Under the pieces are notes generated by a model that worked only from the letters and a program-made list of their open reading frames with translations, had not been told where the DNA came from and did no database searches. DNA of 64,000 nt from Ignavibacteriota bacterium. Its GTDB lineage: Bacteria; Bacteroidota; Ignavibacteria; UBA10030; UBA6906. Of this stretch, positions 19,529 to 26,657 are shown one piece after another (within the stretch, counting starts at the first letter, position 1; the number at the start of each line of letters is the position of its first letter). The DNA lies in contig CAWDEM010000004.1 in the NCBI GenBank assembly GCA_963801355.1, positions 1,312,001 through 1,376,000 on the forward strand. The letters run 5' to 3'. Both the position numbers and the translations under genes were made by a program.

Positions 19529-21822
19529 TTGAGGAGGACCATGCGTTGTGCAAGCATCGTTGTTCCACTGGAGAAGCGGCAGATATATACCCCGGAGCTC
19601 AGCCCCGATGCATCGAACCGGAACCTGTGGTACCCGGCAGACAGTACCTCGTTCGCCAGAGAGGTGATCTCCCGGCCGAGAGCATCAAAGATTGTCAAAC
19701 GGCATAGTGTTTGTACCGGCACGCCGATCTCAATGGTTGTCGTGGGGTTGAAAGGATTCGGATAGTTCTGACGCATGACAAATGTCTCCGGCAGACCTTC
19801 TGCGCGGTCCCGCACGGCGGCAGAACCCGAGAGGTTCAAGCGGTACACACCGCTTCCCTCCGTGCCCGCGTAGAGACGCCTGTTCGTCCGGTCGTACGCC
19901 AGACATGTCGCCCGCACATTGCCGAGGCCGTTGGAAAAGTTGTTCCAGTTCTTCCCCCTGTCTGTGCTCCGCCACACACCACTTGCTGCCCCGGCATAGT
20001 AGATCCCGCTGCTGTCGGGATTGCAGAGCAGCGTGTATGCGTACATATAGCCGGCCGGCACAGTCCAGCTTGAACCGGCGTCGGTGCTTGTATACACGCC
20101 ATTGTTTGTCGTTGCCGCAAGCACGTTTACATTGAAGGGATCGATGACGATTTTCGTGATTGATTCATACTGCTTGCCGAAGGTACTGCTCCCGATCTGA
20201 TTCCACGTGCTTCCGGCATTGGTTGACTTGTATATCCTGCTGTAGGTTGGCCACGTGCTGCCGGAGGCATACACTCCTCCACCGGCATACATGATATTTG
20301 TATTGCTGGCTTGAATAGCCAGGGTCTGCACCTCACCCCCGGCGGTGTCCAAAGCGATGCGCGTCCAGTGTGTTCCGTCGTCTGTCGATTGGTAGACAGC
20401 CATATGGGATGGCTCGGTCGTGCTTGCGGGATTGAGCTTTCCACTGCCACCCTGGTACAATACTGACCCCAGAGCTACGACATAACCGTTATCCATGGAA
20501 TCGTCGAGAGTTATCCAAGTGGACCCGCCACTTGTGCTCCTGAGGAGCGCCGATGTGCCTCACCCACCGCCTTCAAAGGCGTACAGACGCTCCGGGTTGA
20601 CGGGAGAGATGAAGACGTCTGTGACGTTTTCGCATGAATAGAAATCCGGCAGTCTGCTCCACGTTACCGTGGATTGGGTAGCTCCGCTGGTTTTGAAGAC
20701 TCCGCTGTAATTGATCCCTGCGTACATGATCGTGGGTGACGACGGAGCGCACACAAGAGCGGTGACCATAGTGCCATTCAATCCCGTGCTCGTCTGCCTC
20801 CATGATGCACCGGCATTGGATGATCGGAACACTCCTGTTCTGTTGCCGATGAACACGCACGCAGGGGTCGATCCTTCAACGACCAATGGGTCCACGCCGC
20901 TGCCGACAATGCCGCTACTGGAGGTAGTGTCCCAGGTGGCCCCGCCGTCGGTGCTCTTATAGACGCCATAGCTGTACGTCGAGGCGAACATGACGTCCGT
21001 ATTTGGCAGGTAAAATGCAAGCTTCTCGGGCGCCGGGACGTACACTCCAGTCCACGAACTGCCGCCGTTGCTGCTCCTGTAGATTCCCGCTCCGGAGGCG
21101 ACGAAGATCTTTCCTCCGCCGCCCGGGTCGACAAGGATGTCATTCACCATGCCCGGTAGTGTTCCCGTGATGTCACCGAAGACCGAACCGCCGTCTGTAC
21201 TCTTGAAAATCCGGCCATAGATATACGAACCAATAACAACATATCCCCCTGCATAAACGTGTTGGGTGTTCGTTGGATCAACCGCGACAGCGTATCCGTA
21301 GCCGGTTCCGCTCGCAAGCGTGCGTACGGTCCAGTCCGTTCCGCTGTTCGTCGTCCGAAAGTAGGCAAAGGACGATATGGACCCGTCGTAGAAGTAGCCG
21401 GACAGATGGAATGTGGACGGGCTCGCTGGATCCCGCGCCAGATCCTGCGCATAGCAGTTGGTGGGAAGGTTTATCGAGGTCCACGTCCCTCCGCCGTCGG
21501 TGCTGGAGAAGAGAATGGAGTAGGCAACACCATAGACACGTGATGGATTGGAGGGATCCACTTCGAGCATTTGAGGTGTTGAAGGAATGGTCGCTGTGGC
21601 GAACCAATGTTCGCCGTGATCCGTTGTCTTCCACCCGTTCCCCGGATAACTCTGTGTTGCAGCATATAATATACTGGTGTTTGAACGTGACTGCGCGAGT
21701 GCAGTTATGTATCCTCCTTCAGGGCCGACGGATTCCCATCCGGGGGTCTGTCCCGCCATCTCTGGAGGACCCAGCATGACAGGTATCGTCAGACACACCA
21801 GAAACAGCAAATGAGTTTTCAT
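19525..21822 (-). CDS. secreted BNR/Asp-box beta-propeller with T9SS-type C-terminal tail and in-frame UGA (putative Sec421); joins ORFs 20560-21822 and 19525-20496
   Basis: TGA at 20560-20562 is in frame: YAFEGGG-U-GTSALLRSTSGGSTW (an Asp-box repeat) runs into the downstream ORF. Signal peptide is only in the 5' part, QNYPNPFNP tail only in the 3' part. 765 aa. Confidence 0.8.
20516..20548 (-). promoter_or_regulatory. tandem hairpins, candidate SECIS for UGA 20560
   Basis: GCTCC[TCA]GGAGC followed by a perfect CAAGTGG[CGGGT]CCACTTG (loop at +33). Confidence 0.55.
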
Positions 21823-21862
21823 GCGGACCTCTGCTTGATTGTGCCCACCCGCCTCCGGGTGA

Positions 21863-22651
21863 TCAACCGGGAGCGGAGAGCAAATTGCGGATCATTGTGT
21901 ACATTTCGGTAGTACGTTTGTACAGATTGTCTATACGGTACCGGACTACTCCCTTGCGATCAATAATGATAAAAGTGGGTGGCACATTGCCGAAAGAAAT
22001 GCCAACCCGGTATGCGCCGAACAGTGCGCTGGTTGAGTCATAGACAAGCGGGTACGCTACGCCGCTCTGGGTACGGAATGTGCGGAGCCACGTGACTGAA
22101 GATGTGTTGTTCACCCCCACCACCGCAAGACTCTCACGCGGGAAGCTTATGAAGATTTGCCATTGCACAGACGGCAACTCCGTCTGAATGCAATCCATTC
22201 ACGTATGTTCGAAAAAGACGAGGAGAACGACTTTCCCCCTCTGCTTATGCATTTCGAACAGCGAGTCATCAATGGTCCGCACGGTAAAGTCAGGCGCTTC
22301 GTTGTCGAGGAATGGGCCGATCTTTGTCAGGCGCATGAGCAAAGCCGCCACCTCGTTGCGGCGGACTGTAACCATCGTATCCGAGCGGGCGCCCGAGCTG
22401 TCTGCCACGGTGAGCTTGTGCATCCCGGCGACAACTCCATGCAGGGTGCAGGGATTGGGCAATTTCCCCTGAGGAATGTCGTCCAGGGCGACAGAGATTG
22501 AATCAAACACAAGCGTATCCATCGCCGTAACCGTGAGGGTGCCGGTGAACGGTTCGGGCATCCCCGTGGGTGGATCTCCGCAGCCCTTCACCGCAATGGC
22601 ATACGCTGCCCCGCACAGAATGAGAAGCATGCGATAATGCCTGCGCGTCAT
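21863..22651 (-). CDS. lipoprotein: PEGA-like domain + TlpA/AhpC-like selenoprotein domain (U-M-D-C); joins ORFs 22199-22651 and 21863-22198
   Basis: VKGC lipobox; APDFTV...GKVVLLVFFEHT-U-MDC-IQTELP...VPPTFIIIDRKGVVRY; TGA at 22199-22201; 262 aa. Confidence 0.92.
22162..22194 (-). promoter_or_regulatory. SECIS-like element for UGA 22199
   Basis: ATTGCA-TT-CAGACGG[AGTTG]CCGTCTG-TGCAAT: 7-bp upper stem and 6-bp lower stem, loop at +20. Confidence 0.85.
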
Positions 22652-22663
22652 CTTCTCCCTCTC

Positions 22664-23692
22664 CTAGAATGCATAGACAGCTCCAAGCATGTAGGTGTTC
22701 ATCTGGACACCAAGATTGCTGGCATAGTAACGGTATTTTGTGTAGAGCAGCCAGACAGCGGACATTTCACGGTTCAACTGAACGCTGAATGCCCGTGACC
22801 GCATGTTGTCCGGAATGATGATGCCTTCTTCACCCAGGCTCACATTGTCGCTCTTGTTCTGATATAGACGGAATTTCACCCAGAGGGTCGTCGCCCAGTT
22901 CAGGTACTGAGCGACTTCCAGAGCCGGGGCGAGCGAAGAAATCCCCATGGAGTTCGTGTACCAGCGGAGCGAAAGATGCACGGCGGTCTGGGTCGGCAGG
23001 AACTGGGAAAGCCAGACGCTGACGTTGTGTGAATTGAATGAAAACAGATCTCCATTTGCGTTATAGTACACGTATTCCGCCTGGACCGCCGTGGAAAGTG
23101 TCAGGACCTGGCGCGCCTTGAGGCGGAGATTGATTGTACCCATTTTCCCGCCCACCGGACCGGCGTCGGCACCGCGAAAGTAGAACTGGATATCGCCCTG
23201 CACAGAAGTGAGAGCGCTCATATCCCACAGTGCTCCGGTACCGGCTTGAAAGGCCGCAAAGCCACGGGAGTCATATTGAAACTGCGTTGCTGCGATTCCG
23301 ACGACGGTTGAACTCAAGTTCCGGGTATACTTGATCTCGGCCAGGTGCTGCGCTACGTCTTCCTTGATGTCAGAGTACTGGTACTTCACCCCGAGTTGAG
23401 CTGCTTTGCCGACAAGGCGTGTGTATTTGATGAGTGCCCGCTTCTCGGGGAAGTTCGCGATGTACGGCAAGTTCTGCTGGTAACCGGACACGCCGTAGTT
23501 GTAGATGATCGGCTCGGGGTATTCGTACTCCCCATAATCGGCGTATTGAAGCTCAACTTTGAGCTTGCTCTTCAGCTCAAACGAGTCGTCGTAACCCTGT
23601 GAGTAAAGGGACGAAGACACGAGGGCAAGCGCCGGGAGGATGATGGCGACGTGGTACCTGCAGAGCCTATGAATATGTCTCACCTGAGACAT
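22664..23692 (-). CDS. putative outer-membrane beta-barrel protein
   Basis: Signal-like N-terminus, alternating aromatic/hydrophobic beta pattern (KYQY, QFQY, KYRYY), C-terminal ...GAVYAF; ATG at 23692 after GAGGG. Confidence 0.8.
   Translation of the reverse strand: MSQVRHIHRLCRYHVAIILPALALVSSSLYSQGYDDSFELKSKLKVELQYADYGEYEYPEPIIYNYGVSGYQQNLPYIANFPEKRALIKYTRLVGKAAQLGVKYQYSDIKEDVAQHLAEIKYTRNLSSTVVGIAATQFQYDSRGFAAFQAGTGALWDMSALTSVQGDIQFYFRGADAGPVGGKMGTINLRLKARQVLTLSTAVQAEYVYYNANGDLFSFNSHNVSVWLSQFLPTQTAVHLSLRWYTNSMGISSLAPALEVAQYLNWATTLWVKFRLYQNKSDNVSLGEEGIIIPDNMRSRAFSVQLNREMSAVWLLYTKYRYYASNLGVQMNTYMLGAVYAF
23675..23692 (-). promoter_or_regulatory. SECIS-like element for UGA 23703, overlapping the barrel start codon
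   Basis: Perfect ATGTCTC[AGGT]GAGACAT, loop at +18. Confidence 0.8.
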
Positions 23693-23696
23693 GGCC

Positions 23697-23930
23697 CTAC
23701 CCTCAGGTAGGGCAGGCCGCAGCCTCCCCGACGGCGCCGGTACCGTTCTCGATTTGCGAGATATCTTCGTCATTGTCCTGCAGGTTTTTCATGATCGCGC
23801 AATTGACGCGGCTTTCCATCTGCAGCGACTGACGTGACGATACACAGCTGGTGAGAAACGAGGAAAAAAGGAGGGAAATGACGATGAGAAGAATTGGACT
23901 GATGGTGTGTGATTCCCTGCCGCGAGCCAT
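23697..23930 (-). CDS. small lipoprotein selenoprotein ending C-P-T-U-G-stop
   Basis: GGGGAG RBS, hydrophobic signal with LTSC lipobox; ...GCC TGC CCT ACC TGA GGG TAG; SECIS-like hairpin downstream; 77 aa. Confidence 0.82.
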
Positions 23931-23980
23931 AACCACTCCCCTTAGGACCAGGATATGACGGGGGACTCCATCTGGGGGAA

Positions 23981-24009
23981 AAGTTAGGGGAACGAAAGAT
24001 CAATGTCAA
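23981..24009 (-). promoter_or_regulatory. sigma-70 promoter of the selenoprotein operon
   Basis: TTGACA-17 bp-TAACTT on the minus strand, about 50 nt before the lipoprotein start. Confidence 0.65.
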
Positions 24010-24011
24010 CA

Positions 24012-24072
24012 GATTTGGCGAATTTGGGAGGAATTTGGGAGAAATTTTGGGAAGAAATCGGGAGAAACGGGG
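24012..24072. repeat. degenerate ~10-bp repeats (AATTTGGGAG-like)
   Basis: gatttggcg aatttgggag gaatttgggag aaattttgggaag aaatcgggag aaacggg. Confidence 0.55.
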
Positions 24073-24102
24073 GGGAGCACGTCTTCACGATGCGACAGTT
24101 GT

Positions 24103-24159
24103 TTGACTGTGGGCATGTCCTTCACTATCATAGCATAGACTGATCTACCATAGACTGAT
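24103..24159 (+). promoter_or_regulatory. sigma-70 promoter followed by an 11-bp direct repeat
   Basis: TTGACT-17 bp-TATCAT; CATAGACTGAT at 24134 and 24149. Confidence 0.55.
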
Positions 24160-24230
24160 TTGCCTGAGATTGCCCCTGAATTCCAGTCCAGTCCAGTCTC
24201 CTTCTTCCCGGATTACAGACGTGGTGCCAC

Positions 24231-26384
24231 GTGAACACTCTGAATTCCCTCGGTTGCGCGCTCTTTGCGCTCTTCCTCACGGCGGAAACCGGTCTCAGTC
24301 AGTGGGTTCAGGTTGGACCGTCAGGCTTCCTTTCCTGTCTCCTAAAGACCCCCGCAGGGCTCTTTGTCGGCTCCGCGGGCGCCGGCATCTACTTTTCCTC
24401 TGACAATGGCATCTCATGGCGAGGCGCAAATCTTGGGCTCACAAGCCAAAATGTTACCGGCATGACCAATATCGGACAGGATGTCTTTGCCTCGACACGC
24501 GGGGGAGGTGTGCTGCTCACTACAGACAACGGTGCTACTTGGGCTCCAGTCAACTCGATGCTGATCAGTCAGGATGTTGGATGTGTGACAGCTATCGGCA
24601 CTGGAGTCCTGGCAGGACCAACCGGATATGGAGCGTTCTTCTCTCCGGATCGCGGAACGACCTGGCAGCCCTTCGGCAAAGGACTCGCCATGGAAACTGT
24701 GAACGCCTTCTTTTCGAAGGATTCCAGGATTTTTGCGGGGACTATGCAGGGTGTGTACGCAACGTCAGACGGTGGAAAGAATTGGTTTTCCTCAAATGCC
24801 GGTCTCCCCGCCAACGGCCGGGTGACCGCATTCGCGTCGACTGACACACTGATCTTTGCAGGCGTCCACAATGGAGGGGTCTACATCTCTACAGACAACG
24901 GCGTTTCGTGGTCAACTGCCGGCACGGGACTTACCGACAGCAATGTGACGTGCCTGGCGAGCGTTGTTCTCCCCGGGTCGACGGCGCGGAGACTCCTGGC
25001 GGGCACGGCAAGAAGAGGATTGTTTGCATCCACTGATAACGGCGCAAATTGGGCTCCAGTGGATCTCGGACTGTCGAGTCTTCAAGTGGATGCGCTCGCA
25101 TCCGACGGCTCAGTTGTCTATGCGGCGCTGGAGGAAGGAGTGAGAGTCTCGAGTGATGCGGGCCTTCACTGGGGAGACGCCGGAGCGGGTGCGCCTACAA
25201 GAACGGTGATGGGTCTCGGACTCTTCGGAACGAATCTGTATGTCGGCACTAACCGCACTGGTGTCTATGTCACGGCCGACATGGGCAATACCTGGGCTCC
25301 TGCAAACCAGGGCCTGACGGGTTACGACATTTCGGCCATGACTGTTGCGGGTACTACTCTCTTCGTGGGGACGTCCGGGGGAAGACTCTTCCGTCGTGAG
25401 ATGTCTGATTCCAACTGGTTTGCGGCGAGCTCCCAGTTCGCAAATCTGCCCTTCAATGTGCTCGGCGCCGCGGGCAATGTCCTACTTGCCAATCCAGGCT
25501 TTCGTGGAATTCATTATTCCACAGACATTGGCGCCAACTGGCTTTACGGTCAGGGATCGGAAGCCGACCAGAACGGGACATCCTTTCTCTCCTTCGCGGT
25601 GGGCCAGGGTTACATTTTTGCAGGGTCATTGAACTTCGGAGCCTTCCGCTCTGCCGACAATGCTGTCAGCTGGCAACGCAAGAACAACGGCCTGGGCAAT
25701 TTCACCGTGCGCGCGCTCGCCCTGGATGGTTCGCTCCTCTTTGCCGGAACCTCGGCCGGCCTCTTTGTGTCGAGCAACAACGGCGAAACCTGGCAAAGCG
25801 GCAGCACGATGCTGGCCGGCTCGCTGGTGAGGGGCCTCGCGGTCTCCGGCAACACGATCATCGCCAGCACCGGAGACCAGGGCATATGTGTGTCGACAGA
25901 TCATGGCATAACCTGGCAACAGGCCAACCAGGGATTGTCCGGCGCGGCCACAACTCTCGTGTCCTGCGATGGTTTGCTCGTCTATGCTGGTTCGACTCTG
26001 GGTGGGCTTTATCGCCGCTCACTTTCCGAGATGCTCTCTTCTCTTAGTGGCCTCCCGGCGTTGCGAGAGCTCCCGACCGATTTCCTGCTTTGCCAGAACT
26101 ACCCCAACCCGTTCAATCCAACGACCACGATCCGTTATGGCTTACCCAATCGTTCGCAAGTCGCTCTGATAGTCTTCAACACGCTCGGTCAACGAGTGGC
26201 ACAGCTGGTTGATGGCGAGAAGGATGCAGGGTATCACGAAGTGCAGTTTGACGCATCAGGACTCTCATCAGGCGTGTACCTGTATCGGATGCAGGTCCGC
26301 CCTATGGACTCCGCCATCGGGCGGGACTCCAAGAGCGGACCTGGGAGCTATGTGGACGCGAGGAAGCTGGTCTTGTTACGCTGA
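24231..26384 (+). CDS. secreted BNR-repeat beta-propeller protein with T9SS-type C-terminal sorting domain
   Basis: Signal peptide, more than ten S/TxDxGxxW repeats, QNYPNPFNPTT...RKLVLLR. Confidence 0.9.
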   Translation: MNTLNSLGCALFALFLTAETGLSQWVQVGPSGFLSCLLKTPAGLFVGSAGAGIYFSSDNGISWRGANLGLTSQNVTGMTNIGQDVFASTRGGGVLLTTDNGATWAPVNSMLISQDVGCVTAIGTGVLAGPTGYGAFFSPDRGTTWQPFGKGLAMETVNAFFSKDSRIFAGTMQGVYATSDGGKNWFSSNAGLPANGRVTAFASTDTLIFAGVHNGGVYISTDNGVSWSTAGTGLTDSNVTCLASVVLPGSTARRLLAGTARRGLFASTDNGANWAPVDLGLSSLQVDALASDGSVVYAALEEGVRVSSDAGLHWGDAGAGAPTRTVMGLGLFGTNLYVGTNRTGVYVTADMGNTWAPANQGLTGYDISAMTVAGTTLFVGTSGGRLFRREMSDSNWFAASSQFANLPFNVLGAAGNVLLANPGFRGIHYSTDIGANWLYGQGSEADQNGTSFLSFAVGQGYIFAGSLNFGAFRSADNAVSWQRKNNGLGNFTVRALALDGSLLFAGTSAGLFVSSNNGETWQSGSTMLAGSLVRGLAVSGNTIIASTGDQGICVSTDHGITWQQANQGLSGAATTLVSCDGLLVYAGSTLGGLYRRSLSEMLSSLSGLPALRELPTDFLLCQNYPNPFNPTTTIRYGLPNRSQVALIVFNTLGQRVAQLVDGEKDAGYHEVQFDASGLSSGVYLYRMQVRPMDSAIGRDSKSGPGSYVDARKLVLLR
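26295..26340. repeat. in-frame ~45-bp palindromic insertion in secretion tail (copy 1)
   Basis: GTCCGC..TGGA..CGCC ATCG GGCG..TCCA..GCGGAC; near-identical copy at 28389-28433. Confidence 0.7.
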
Positions 26385-26657
26385 CCTTGGCGCACAATGA
26401 TTCATGGCCCGGCATTGTCGGGCCCGTCCACTTTGTCTCCATCCAGTGAACCGCTTCGAACGGTGGAGTATATTGCGCGCGGAATCACTTGCGAGGAAGA
26501 CGCAATTCTCCGTCAGGCTCCCCGTCACCCAACGGCACGGAATACCGCGAATACGGTATTGAAATGCCCAGCAATTAAACCGTATATTTCCAGGAATGCC
26601 GCACCAGAACAACACACAGGCAGGCCAAACCCAATTCATCAACTGGAGGATACTGTC

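Noticed and set aside
21845-21865. TGA stop of the redoxin lipoprotein followed by hairpin CACCCG[GAGG]CGGGTG, as a further Sec codon
   Set aside because: The loop is only about 8 nt from the UGA, the domain is already complete, and read-through is out of frame with the next gene.
18941-23930. Interpretation as pseudogenes or as a UGA=Trp/Gly genetic code
   Set aside because: The UGAs fall at redox-Cys positions with SECIS-like hairpins, selABCD is adjacent, and many housekeeping genes here end normally at TGA.
23956-23966. Possible att duplication of the tRNA-Sec 3' end bounding the two secreted-protein genes
   Set aside because: Only a short imperfect match, and there is no integrase or transposase in the window.
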